A stretch of DNA of 64,000 bases from an uncultured Bacilli bacterium (GTDB lineage Bacteria > Bacillota_I > Bacilli_A > RF39 > UBA660), in the NCBI GenBank assembly GCA_947624505.1, contig CANQKO010000005.1, forward strand, positions 1,761-65,760, given 5' to 3'. Below are positions 34,380 to 43,506 of the stretch, one piece after another. The translations under genes were made by a program, and so were the position numbers. The notes beneath the pieces are model-generated. The model saw only the letters and a list, made by a program, of their open reading frames with translations. It made no database searches and had not been told where the DNA came from. Positions within the stretch are counted from its first letter, which is position 1, and every line of letters begins with the position of its first letter.

Positions 34380-34439
34380 AATATCAACTCACTTATTCTA
34401 TTAATATTTTGATAATTATTAATAAATTTTATTCAAATA

Positions 34440-34976
34440 TTATTTAAAAAGATAAAATATACCCAAAATCATTAATAAAAATATACCTAATATATTCCCA
34501 TAAATACCTAATTTAGATGCTCCATATTTACCAATTAATAGACCACAATAAGTAAAAAAAGCAGCACAAGTACTAAAAATACCACTTGCTAAAATAATAT
34601 TATCAGTTATGGCAAATAACCCTAATCCCGTAGAAAAACTATCTAAGCTTACTGATATACCAATTAAACCCAGATTAATTAAATTAAAATTGGTTTCTTT
34701 ATTTTCATTTTTTAATAATTCTAAAATCATTTCAATACCTATAAATATTAATATAATTCCTAATAATAAATTAGCTTTTATATATAATATATCAATTATT
34801 TTATCTCCTAAAATTTTCCCTATTAAAGGCATAAAGAAATGAAGTATCCCAACAAATAAAGTAAAAAACAAAATATTTTTTTTACTTATATTACAAGAAC
34901 CAATACTAAGAGAAATAGAAAAAGTGTCCATTGATAAAGATATGCCAATTAAGATTAAAGAAAATAGAATGGACAC
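34440..34976 (-). CDS. mntP: Manganese efflux pump MntP (DUF204 x2)
   Basis: 178 aa, six hydrophobic helices, duplicated motifs LSMDTFSISLS and VSLDSFSTGLG. Confidence 0.8.
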   Translation of the reverse strand: MSILFSLILIGISLSMDTFSISLSIGSCNISKKNILFFTLFVGILHFFMPLIGKILGDKIIDILYIKANLLLGIILIFIGIEMILELLKNENKETNFNLINLGLIGISVSLDSFSTGLGLFAITDNIILASGIFSTCAAFFTYCGLLIGKYGASKLGIYGNILGIFLLMILGIFYLFK

Positions 34977-35005
34977 TTAAATCACCCTAATATAATATAT
35001 TTTAA

Positions 35006-35509
35006 TTATTTAAAATTATTAATAAGTTTTTTAGCATATAAATCATATTCAACATCACTAATGTTTTCTTCTTCATCTAAAAGGCATAAAGGAGGAAACA
35101 AGACACACCACCAATTATGACCTTCCCCTGAACCTAATGTTATGACTAAACTTTCATAATTACCAGCATCATATTTAATACCTTTATATTCTTTAACAGG
35201 AAAATAATTATTACCATAACTTATATCATACTGTACATTATAATTACTTACAATATTATCTATTTTATCTAAATTATTCTTTATTTTATTTCTCGCTTCA
35301 TCAATATTATTACTATTACCTATTATTTGATATATTTCTTTTTCTACTTTATCTTTTATTTCTAATTTTAATGTTTGATCTTCAATACTATTACTATTAC
35401 CTATTATTCTAAATCTAATGGCATCTTTAGGTATTAATATATTTTCTTTCTCATTAATTCCAATACTTATTACCATTACTATAAACAATATTATAATTAT
35501 CTTTTTCAT
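35006..35509 (-). CDS. spoIIR: Stage II sporulation protein R
   Basis: Signal/anchor helix, then AIRFRIIGNSNSIEDQTLKLEIKDKVEKEI and GEGHNWWCVLFPPLCLLD (SpoIIR signatures). Confidence 0.85.
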   Translation of the reverse strand: MKKIIIILFIVMVISIGINEKENILIPKDAIRFRIIGNSNSIEDQTLKLEIKDKVEKEIYQIIGNSNNIDEARNKIKNNLDKIDNIVSNYNVQYDISYGNNYFPVKEYKGIKYDAGNYESLVITLGSGEGHNWWCVLFPPLCLLDEEENISDVEYDLYAKKLINNFK

Positions 35510-35599
35510 TTCTTCACCTAATTTATATTGATAATAATAATTATTATTTATTCATTTTAATGTTGATAACTTATTAGTTTTCAACATTTTTTAAAGCAA

Positions 35600-35628
35600 A
35601 AAAATAGGAAGAGAAATAATTCTCTTCC
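35600..35628 (-). terminator. Strong rho-independent terminator ~180 nt downstream of the 733-aa gene
   Basis: Minus strand reads GGAAGAGAATTATTTCTCTTCC followed by TATTTTTTTG. Confidence 0.75.
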
Positions 35629-35808
35629 AAAGAGTTAAGTCTATGAGGTTTTTACGAGTTTTCCTTCTCGATTATTATTCAGACAAACACATAACACCCT
35701 ACAATTCTAAACCAAATTCTAGATCTTCACAGCGATGAGTAGAGTTTTGGCCATCCCATAAACTCTCATCGAACGCTTTAATTAAATTCACTAAAAACAT
35801 AGATAGTC

Positions 35809-38010
35809 TCAGTCAGTCGATCCACTGACTCCTGGATTTCGATTACACGATGGATTACCATCACATAAGTCTATAATAAATGGATCACTCGAAGTACCAG
35901 AACCAGAAGAGATTAGGGTTTCAGCGGAAAGGTAGAAGACCGGACGAACATAGAACGTGTTTGTATTCGCATAGCTCCCCATTAGACAAATATCATTACC
36001 AATACAAATCGGTCCTGGAGACCCGTCCGATCCTACTCCGAAATAGACAATAGACCACTCAACGTTTATCTGAGAAAAATGTCCATTTAACCATCCACCC
36101 TCACATCTCGACATTTCAAAACAATTTGTTGTTGTACTGCCACTGTATGAATAATAAAAATCACTCAAATACAGTAATCCTATCTTCGCACTCACACGAT
36201 CGGTCCATTTATCAACACTATAACCACCATACATTTTCTTTCCGCTGTAGGACTCGGCCTTGCCACTTTCGATTCTATATATTTCATCTGCCGTATTGTT
36301 AGTAAGATACTTAGTCCCATTATACCCCATATCGCCGTATAACCAAGATTCTTCCGTTATTTTGCTTTGCCAACCTCCATTCAAACCCGTTAAAAAATCA
36401 CCTCCATTGATAGCACTAAAAATTAAACTATCTGGCCATTTCGTAGTACTCTTTAGACCTGTCGACCATTGATATTGTCTATCATTTAAACCATTATTCA
36501 TGATTAGCTTGATCTTTCCATCGCTCGTAATTCCAATTATTCGATACAAGTAATTGTTATCACTCACGGGCAACGCGCAATCTGATTCAGTCGTATATCC
36601 AAAACACACAAAATTGTCGACTACATTCGTGCAAGAGCCATCTGCCGCGTTGCATTTCCCTACAAATCTCCTCATTCCACCTACATCAGCTGGTGTTAAT
36701 CCTTTTGGTTTATATTCAATTAACTGTTTACCATTCCCTTTAAATCCAGCACTTTCGGTTGTTACACTAACACTTGGATACGTTGTATTCCATCTTCCAG
36801 AGGCATCTCTTACTCTTCCTTCGATGGTATACTCTTTTCCATCACTTAAATTACTTATCTTACAACTTCCGTTTGAATTAGATGCTGTTACCCAACTTCC
36901 TCCACTTTCTCTACATTGTCTTTCTATTATACTACTATTTGGTGTTGTATCTGTTCCACTTACTGTTACTGTTATACTACTTGTATCTTGAGTATTTTTA
37001 CTTATTGTTGCTGTTGGATTATTTAAATCTAACTTTATACTTTGAGTTGATACATCTGATTCATTCCCTGCTTTATCTTTTACTTTTATTTTTACACTAT
37101 GACTTCCTTCTGTATCTTTTAATGTATAACTTGTATTTAATGTTGTACTACTTGTTGTTTCATAACTACAACTATCTTCATATACACAATAACTATCTAT
37201 ATTACTCTCTGTTATTGTTGCATTATATGTTATTCCTGTTTTATGAGTATAAGTTGATGGATTACTTAAGGTTTGTCCTTCATCTGCTGCTCCTGTTAAT
37301 GTGAATGATGTTATCTTTGGTTTTGTTTGATCTACTGTTATCTTTGTTGTTGATTTGTCTGTTGTTACTGATACATTATTTGCTTTATCTTTTAAATATA
37401 TATACATTGTTTTTTCTCCATCTTTATTATCTTTTAATGAATAACTGTTTGTTTCACTTAATGTTTGCCAATTACAATTTTCTATACTATTTGTTTCATT
37501 TATACAATATTGTTTTACATCACTTTCATTATCTGTATATGTCACTGTAAATGGTAATTTATCTGTTTGATATGTAAAACTATTATTTAAAGTTGTTCCT
37601 CCACTTGTTTTCCCTGTTACATTAAAAGTATTTATTGTTGGTGTTTCATTTTTATCAAAATATAAATCACAATATATTGTTTTACTACTATTTATGGTTA
37701 TACTTCCATTTATTACTCCATCAGTTAATTCTTGAATTACAGGATTACTATTTAATTTATTACCATTATAACCATAACACATTGTTTTAGTTGTATTTAA
37801 TAAATAACCACTAGTAGGAAATGTTGTATCAGTTGATGGATCATAATCTTTACTTCCAACTGTTTTTTGTAAATAAATATTAAATTCTTTTCTTTCTATT
37901 TTACTTACTTTACTCTTTTCTACTATACTAGTATCTTTTTTAAATACTAAAAATACATTTATTATTGTTAATAATACTATTAATATTAATATAAATTTCT
38001 TATTTTTCAT
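35809..38010 (-). CDS. Large membrane-anchored surface protein: Cys-bracketed module, Ig-like repeats, FN3-like domain, ~300-aa C-terminal domain
   Basis: 733 aa. N-terminal TM helix FILILIVLLTIINVFLVF. Ig-like repeats ending KTMYIYLKDKANNVS and HSVKIKVKDKAGNES. FN3-like SITVTVSG...EYTIEGRVRDASGRWN. The C-terminal domain ends FYVRPVFYL. Confidence 0.75.
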   Translation of the reverse strand: MKNKKFILILIVLLTIINVFLVFKKDTSIVEKSKVSKIERKEFNIYLQKTVGSKDYDPSTDTTFPTSGYLLNTTKTMCYGYNGNKLNSNPVIQELTDGVINGSITINSSKTIYCDLYFDKNETPTINTFNVTGKTSGGTTLNNSFTYQTDKLPFTVTYTDNESDVKQYCINETNSIENCNWQTLSETNSYSLKDNKDGEKTMYIYLKDKANNVSVTTDKSTTKITVDQTKPKITSFTLTGAADEGQTLSNPSTYTHKTGITYNATITESNIDSYCVYEDSCSYETTSSTTLNTSYTLKDTEGSHSVKIKVKDKAGNESDVSTQSIKLDLNNPTATISKNTQDTSSITVTVSGTDTTPNSSIIERQCRESGGSWVTASNSNGSCKISNLSDGKEYTIEGRVRDASGRWNTTYPSVSVTTESAGFKGNGKQLIEYKPKGLTPADVGGMRRFVGKCNAADGSCTNVVDNFVCFGYTTESDCALPVSDNNYLYRIIGITSDGKIKLIMNNGLNDRQYQWSTGLKSTTKWPDSLIFSAINGGDFLTGLNGGWQSKITEESWLYGDMGYNGTKYLTNNTADEIYRIESGKAESYSGKKMYGGYSVDKWTDRVSAKIGLLYLSDFYYSYSGSTTTNCFEMSRCEGGWLNGHFSQINVEWSIVYFGVGSDGSPGPICIGNDICLMGSYANTNTFYVRPVFYLSAETLISSGSGTSSDPFIIDLCDGNPSCNRNPGVSGSTD

Positions 38011-38063
38011 AGCTATACCCTACTTTCAATGAAAGTATAGCATATATTTTTTAAATTGTCACT

Positions 38064-38088
38064 ATGTTTAGACAATTTATCTAAACAT
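38064..38088. promoter_or_regulatory. Candidate operator: inverted repeat ATGTTTAGA-N7-TCTAAACAT in the divergent intergenic region
   Basis: 9-bp perfect arms between the surface-protein gene start (38010) and the XRE gene. Flanked by two TGTCACTAT(G/A)T direct repeats (38057-38066, 38103-38112). Confidence 0.35.
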
Positions 38089-38132
38089 TTTAAATAGAAA
38101 AATGTCACTATATGTAGAATAATTGACTTAGG

Positions 38133-38420
38133 ATGGTGGCTTTTATGATTACTTTTGAAGAATTAGATAAAATTTATTATATGATTTCTAGAAATGTTAA
38201 ATATTATAGATTAAATAACAATTCTAAATATGCAGATAAATACGGAAGAATTAGTCAAGAACGTCTTGCAGAACTCTGTGAATTATCACGTTCTACAATT
38301 GCTAATATTGAAAGTGAAAAAGTTAATCAAACTTTTTCTATTGCTGTCATAGCCAGTATTAGTAAAGTATTAAATATTCCATTTGAAGAATTCTTTAAAG
38401 AACATGAATTTTCTAAATAA
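38133..38420 (+). CDS. XRE-family HTH regulator (start may be ATG 38145)
   Basis: ISQERLAELCELSRSTIANIESEKVNQTFSIAVIASISKVLNIPFEEFF. The only credible plus-strand gene left of oriC. SD GGTGG precedes ATG 38145. Confidence 0.7.
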   Translation: MVAFMITFEELDKIYYMISRNVKYYRLNNNSKYADKYGRISQERLAELCELSRSTIANIESEKVNQTFSIAVIASISKVLNIPFEEFFKEHEFSK

Positions 38421-38433
38421 AAAAGACATTGTA

Positions 38434-38940
38434 TTAAACAACATCTAATTTTTGAATTAATAATTTTTGAACTATCTTAGCATATTTTAAATTATTTTCA
38501 TTAGTCTCTGATAAAATAATAACTAAGCCACTACAATCAATTGAGGTAATAATAGGAAGTATTGTAAAATAAGCATTTATTCCTAATTTAACATCTTTAT
38601 TAGTTGATATATAATTTTCACGGTCATCAATTAAATTTTTAAAATAGTCATCCAACTTTTTATCTTGCATTTCTTTTAAGTTAGAACTTGTAGCAATTAT
38701 TTTTTCTCTATCAGTTATCATAATACTTAAATTACAGCTATCAAAAATTATATTACATATATTTTGACTAGTATCTTTAATATTTTCTACTTGAGAATAT
38801 TTTTTTATAATAATTTGATTATCAGAAGTATATATTTCTAATGGCTCACCATCTCTTATACCTAGATTATATCTTATTTCTTTTGGCACTACTATTCTTC
38901 CAAGCTCATCGATTCTTCTGGTAATTCCACTTTTACTCAT
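38434..38940 (-). CDS. spoVT: Stage V sporulation regulator SpoVT (AbrB-type N-domain plus GAF-like C-domain)
   Basis: GITRRIDELGRIVVPKEIRYNLGIRDGEPLEIY; 168 aa. Located directly after mfd, as in Bacillus subtilis. Confidence 0.85.
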   Translation of the reverse strand: MSKSGITRRIDELGRIVVPKEIRYNLGIRDGEPLEIYTSDNQIIIKKYSQVENIKDTSQNICNIIFDSCNLSIMITDREKIIATSSNLKEMQDKKLDDYFKNLIDDRENYISTNKDVKLGINAYFTILPIITSIDCSGLVIILSETNENNLKYAKIVQKLLIQKLDVV

Positions 38941-38999
38941 TATAACTACACACTCCTTTTTATAGTGTGGTTAGTTTAAAAATAATTATACGAATATCT

Positions 39000-39052
39000 T
39001 TATTCGTGCCAAAAACGTGCAACTTTCAGCAATTATTCGTGCCAAAAATGTG
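39000..39052. repeat. Direct repeat TTATTCGTGCCAAAAA(C/T)GTG x2 (33-bp period) in the spoVT upstream region
   Basis: Copies at 39000-39019 and 39033-39052. The proximal copy supplies a TTGGCA-N16-TATAAT promoter-like arrangement on the minus strand. Adjacent palindrome CGAATA-TCTT-TATTCG at 38991-39006. Confidence 0.4.
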
Positions 39053-39088
39053 TAGTTTGCCGATTTTAAGCCAAATATTAAACAGTTA

Positions 39089-42000
39089 TTAATTATCTTT
39101 AATAGCTAGTAATAATTTAACTAAATAATAAACATAATGTTTAGGTAAACCTTTATAATATAGAGTAATTATTATATTATTATGTTGATATTTTAAATTA
39201 AATTTATTAGATATATTTAATGTTTCAAATAATAATTTATCTCCTTTAATAGTACTTGATAATTCTTCTGGTAAAATAATTTCAATATATCTATCTGTTG
39301 TATTAATTCTATCAATATTAAGCATCTTACAAAGATTAGTAAACCATTCTTCATACATATATATTTCTAAATCTTCATCTATTGCTCCAAAACGATCAAT
39401 TAGTTCTTCTTTAACACTTTCTAATTTTTCAAGAGAATCAATTTCATTAATTTTTTTATGAATCTCAATTTTAACATCTTCATCTAAAACATAATTATCT
39501 TTAATATGGGTTGATACTTCAATTAAATTATTATTAGAATCATCTTCCTCTTCAACATATTCTCCCTTAGCTTTTTTAAGTTCATCTTCAATCATTTTCG
39601 TATATAAAGAAATACCTACGGCATCAACAAAACCAGCTTGTTCACTACCAAAGATATCACCAGCCCCTCTTATAGATAAATCCCGCATTGCAATTTTATA
39701 GCCACTTCCTAAGTTAGTAAACTCTTTAATTGCTTGTAATCTTTTTATAGCAACATCATTAAGCATTTTCTTATTATCATATAATAGATAAGCATAAGCC
39801 ACTTTATCACTACGACCTACTCTTCCTCTTATTTGATAAAGTTGCGATAAGCCAAATCGATCAGCATCATAAACTATTAAAGTATTAGCATTACCAATAT
39901 CAATACCATTTTCAATAATAGTTGTACAAACTAAGATATCATATTTATAATTAACAAAGTCATCCATAATCGATTCTAGATCTTCTTTATTCATTTGCCC
40001 ATTTGCCGAAGTAATTCTTGCTTCTGGTACTAAATGCGCAATTTTATCAACTATTTTATCGATATCTTCAATACGATTATATAAAACAAATACTTGTCCT
40101 TTTCTTCCCAGTTCTTTATAAATAGCGTCTTTTATTAATAAATCATCTTCATTTACAACATAAGTTTGCACAGGATATCTATTAACTGGTGGTGTATCAA
40201 TAATAGATAAATCTCTAATCCCTGATAAAGCCATTTTAAGGGTTCTTGGAATAGGGGTAGCTGATAAAGTTAAAACATTAACATCATTTTTAAATTCTTT
40301 TATTCTTTCTTTATGTTTAACTCCAAATCTTTGCTCTTCATCAACTACTAAAAGCCCTAATTTTGAAGGTTTAATATCATCACTTAAAATACGATGGGTT
40401 CCCACTAAAATATCTAATGTTCCTTTTTCTAAATCCATAAGAATTCTTTTAACTTCTTTAGGAGAAGTAAAACGATTTAAAAGACCAATATTAACAGGAA
40501 TATCTTTAAATCTGTCTTTAATAACATTATATTGTTGTTTAGATAAAATAGTTGTAGGACATAAATACATTGTTTGCCTATTATTTATAACAGTTTTAAA
40601 AATGGCCCGCATAGCAACTTCCGTTTTACCAAAACCAACATCCCCACATAAAAGCCTATCCATTGGCACTGTACTTTTTAAATCTTTATTAATTTCATAA
40701 ATAGCTTTTGTTTGATCTTTAGTTTCTACATAAGGAAAACTTTGAGCAAATAATATTTCTTCTTCATAATCTTTATAAGCATCACCTTTAATTGCGGCCC
40801 TTTTTTGATAAAGATCTAATAATTCTTTAGAAATATCTTTAGCTTTAGCTTTAATATAAGTTTTAGTTTTTGCCCAACTAGTTGAATTTAATTTATTTAT
40901 CTTTGGAGCTACTCCATCTTTACTAGTATATTTATATATACTATTTATTTTCTCTACCGGAATATATACTTTATCATTACCATCATAAAGTATTCTAATA
41001 TAATCTTTAGCTAAACCATTTTTAGTTAAAGTCATAAGCCCATCATATATGCCAATTCCATAGGCAAGGTGAACGACATAATCACCTTTTTCTAAATCAT
41101 CATAACTTTTTATTTTTTTACCAATATGTAAATTATTCTTATATTTATATTCTTTATTAATAGCAATACCTATATCATATTCACTAATACATACTAATTT
41201 ATTAATAATAAAACCTTTTAATATTTTTTGTTTAATTATTTTAGCATTAGGAATTATTTCTTTAATCTTTTTAATTTCACTATCTTTTGATAAATAAAAA
41301 TATACATCATAGTTATCTTTTTCCCATTTATATACAGTATCTTTCAAATAATCATAATTTTCATTAAAGTTAGGAGTTTCTAAAATATTTTGATCAGTAG
41401 GATTATTAATATTATCTATATATAAAGTAAAATTAGGACTAATTTCATCAAAATCATACATATATTTAACTTGTTCATCATTATTTTGTTGATACTCAAG
41501 TATTTCTTCATTTAATTTTTGATAAGCTACTTTAATTTGATCAATATTTAAAAATATAACAATTGCCTCATTTAAATAATCATACAAAGAATTTTTATCA
41601 GTTGTTTCCATTTCTTTAAATGGTTTAAGATAAACAGTATCTATTTCTTTAATAGTTCTTTGGGTATTTTCATCAAAATAACGAATTGATTCTATTTTAT
41701 TACCAAATAATTCAATTCGCACTGGATGTTCTTCATTAATTATATAAATATCAATAATAAACCCTCTTAAAGAATATTCCCCACTCATAGTAACAATTGA
41801 TTCTCTATTATAGCCAAAATCATCTAAAACTTTAATTAATTCATCTCTATTTATTTCCTTATCTTTATTTAAAGGATAATTATTTTTAATATTTTTATTA
41901 GGTAAATATTTTAAATAACCCATTAAATTAGTAATAATAACATTTTTATTATCTTTTATATTATTTAAAACATTTAATCTTTCTACCGCAAATTCTGGTG

Positions 42001-42235
42001 ACATTGCTACAACTTTAGAGGTTATAAAATCATCCATTGGAAAAATATAAGTATTGTTTAAATGATTTTTAATAGTATTATATAATTTATTGCCTTCATA
42101 TAAATTACTAGTTACCAAAAGAATATTTTTATTTTCTTTCTTAAATAAATTTTCCACATAAAAAGCAATTAACTCATTAGTTAATCCATAAGTTATACTA
42201 CCATTATTAAAATTAAAATAATTATCTAGTTTCAT
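39089..42235 (-). CDS. mfd: Transcription-repair coupling factor Mfd
   Basis: 1048 aa. CarD-like GDYVVHLAYGIGIYDG; helicase GDVGFGKTEVAMRA, VVDEEQRFGV, LSATPIPRTL, QIRGRVGRS. Confidence 0.95.
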   Translation of the reverse strand: MKLDNYFNFNNGSITYGLTNELIAFYVENLFKKENKNILLVTSNLYEGNKLYNTIKNHLNNTYIFPMDDFITSKVVAMSPEFAVERLNVLNNIKDNKNVIITNLMGYLKYLPNKNIKNNYPLNKDKEINRDELIKVLDDFGYNRESIVTMSGEYSLRGFIIDIYIINEEHPVRIELFGNKIESIRYFDENTQRTIKEIDTVYLKPFKEMETTDKNSLYDYLNEAIVIFLNIDQIKVAYQKLNEEILEYQQNNDEQVKYMYDFDEISPNFTLYIDNINNPTDQNILETPNFNENYDYLKDTVYKWEKDNYDVYFYLSKDSEIKKIKEIIPNAKIIKQKILKGFIINKLVCISEYDIGIAINKEYKYKNNLHIGKKIKSYDDLEKGDYVVHLAYGIGIYDGLMTLTKNGLAKDYIRILYDGNDKVYIPVEKINSIYKYTSKDGVAPKINKLNSTSWAKTKTYIKAKAKDISKELLDLYQKRAAIKGDAYKDYEEEILFAQSFPYVETKDQTKAIYEINKDLKSTVPMDRLLCGDVGFGKTEVAMRAIFKTVINNRQTMYLCPTTILSKQQYNVIKDRFKDIPVNIGLLNRFTSPKEVKRILMDLEKGTLDILVGTHRILSDDIKPSKLGLLVVDEEQRFGVKHKERIKEFKNDVNVLTLSATPIPRTLKMALSGIRDLSIIDTPPVNRYPVQTYVVNEDDLLIKDAIYKELGRKGQVFVLYNRIEDIDKIVDKIAHLVPEARITSANGQMNKEDLESIMDDFVNYKYDILVCTTIIENGIDIGNANTLIVYDADRFGLSQLYQIRGRVGRSDKVAYAYLLYDNKKMLNDVAIKRLQAIKEFTNLGSGYKIAMRDLSIRGAGDIFGSEQAGFVDAVGISLYTKMIEDELKKAKGEYVEEEDDSNNNLIEVSTHIKDNYVLDEDVKIEIHKKINEIDSLEKLESVKEELIDRFGAIDEDLEIYMYEEWFTNLCKMLNIDRINTTDRYIEIILPEELSSTIKGDKLLFETLNISNKFNLKYQHNNIIITLYYKGLPKHYVYYLVKLLLAIKDN

Positions 42236-42780
42236 AAATCCTCTTTATAATTGGAAATGGTATAATCAATATCATTATTAATAAATAAATCAATTACTTT
42301 TAAATATTTAGGTAAATTACTTTTAATTAATTCTTCTTCAATTTTAGTAAATTTTCCGAGCACATATTTATCGGTGGGAATAGATGGATTTTTACCAATT
42401 CCTATTTTAAGTCTGCCAAATTCTTCTGTATTTAATTCATTGATAATTGATTTTATACCATTATGACCACCAGAAGAAGAATTCTTTTTAACTTTATAAG
42501 CCCCAACTGGTAAATCTAAATCATCAACAATAACCAAAATATCTTTAATAGCTATTTTATAATACTTAACTATTTTAGCAACCGCTAAACCAGATAAATT
42601 CATATAAGTCATTGGTTTTACAAATAAGACATCTTTCTCTTCATCTTTATAAATATAAGCTTCCATTTTAATTTTCCAATTAACTTTTCCTAAATATTCA
42701 TCTAAAATGCTAAAACCAAGGTTATGTCTTGTATTCTTATATTCTTTTCCAACATTTCCTAAACCTACAACTAATTTCAT
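42232..42780 (-). CDS. pth: Peptidyl-tRNA hydrolase
   Basis: MKLVVGLGNVGKEYKNTRHNLGF, GGHNGIKSI. Confidence 0.95.
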   Translation of the reverse strand: MKLVVGLGNVGKEYKNTRHNLGFSILDEYLGKVNWKIKMEAYIYKDEEKDVLFVKPMTYMNLSGLAVAKIVKYYKIAIKDILVIVDDLDLPVGAYKVKKNSSSGGHNGIKSIINELNTEEFGRLKIGIGKNPSIPTDKYVLGKFTKIEEELIKSNLPKYLKVIDLFINNDIDYTISNYKEDL

Positions 42781-43506
42781 TTACTCCAACTCCTTAAATA
42801 AATTTTGATATGTTTTCAAATTTTCAATACATATTTCATTAGCTATTTTGATTCCTAACAAACCACCTTTAACACATTTTACTAAAACTATATAGGGTTT
42901 ACTATTTTTTTTAGTCGTAATTAAAACCATATTTTTAACAGGCATTTTATAATTAATGGCATAATTAATTATTTCATCTAGACGATTAGCACGATGTACT
43001 AAATAAAATTCACCTTTAGTATTTAAATGTTTAGAAGCAATTTGAAAAATATCTTCTAAAGTTATTTTAACTTCATGTCTTGAAATACTTAGTGATAAAT
43101 CATTATTGATATAATCTGCATTGGCCACTTTAAAATAAGGGGGATTGCAAGTAATTATATCATATTTTTTATCTTGTAATAAATTTAAATGATTTTTTAT
43201 ATCATCATTATATAATTTAATTTGTTTATCTAATTTATTATATTTAATACTTTCTATTCCTAAATTATAAATATCTTCTTGAATTTCAATTGCCTCAATT
43301 GAGGCAGTTGTTTTAGTAGATAGTATCAAAGGAATTGAAGCATTACCACTACACAAATCTAAAATACTTTTTACTTTATTATTTATATTAACATATTCTG
43401 CTAATAAAATAGAATCAAGAGAAAATTTAAAACTATCTTGATATTGATATATCTTTAGTCCATAATCAAATAAATCATTTAATACTTTATTTTTCATTTC
43501 CTTCAT
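42781..43506 (-). CDS. SAM-dependent methyltransferase, YabB/TrmN6-like (tRNA m6A37 type)
   Basis: SAM motif ILDLCSGNASIP; NPPY motif ITCNPPYF. Position after ricT matches B. subtilis yabB. Confidence 0.7.
   Translation of the reverse strand: MKEMKNKVLNDLFDYGLKIYQYQDSFKFSLDSILLAEYVNINNKVKSILDLCSGNASIPLILSTKTTASIEAIEIQEDIYNLGIESIKYNKLDKQIKLYNDDIKNHLNLLQDKKYDIITCNPPYFKVANADYINNDLSLSISRHEVKITLEDIFQIASKHLNTKGEFYLVHRANRLDEIINYAINYKMPVKNMVLITTKKNSKPYIVLVKCVKGGLLGIKIANEICIENLKTYQNLFKELE

Noticed and set aside
35629-35808. Possible small ORF or structured RNA in the GC-richer 3' UTR of the surface-protein gene (e.g. MRVYGMAKTLLIAVKI; imperfect hairpin GATGAGAGTTT...AAACTCTACTCATC)
   Set aside because: The ORF is only 16 codons and has no SD. 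The hairpin is imperfect. The region is better explained as part of the imported 3' cassette, reported as a separate finding.
36260-37550. Plus-strand ORFs 36260..36472, 36554..36991, 36882..37304 and 37305..37550 (Leu/Tyr-rich)
   Set aside because: They are mirror images of the Thr/Ser/Asn/Lys-rich repeats of the minus-strand surface protein, which has the signal anchor and domain structure.
39000-39060. Sigma-54-like element TGGCACGAATAATTGCT on the minus strand upstream of spoVT
   Set aside because: The GG-to-GC spacing is 11 nt instead of the required 10. The second repeat copy lacks the -12 GC. No enhancer-binding protein is nearby. It is better explained as part of a duplicated 20-mer carrying a sigma-A-like -35.
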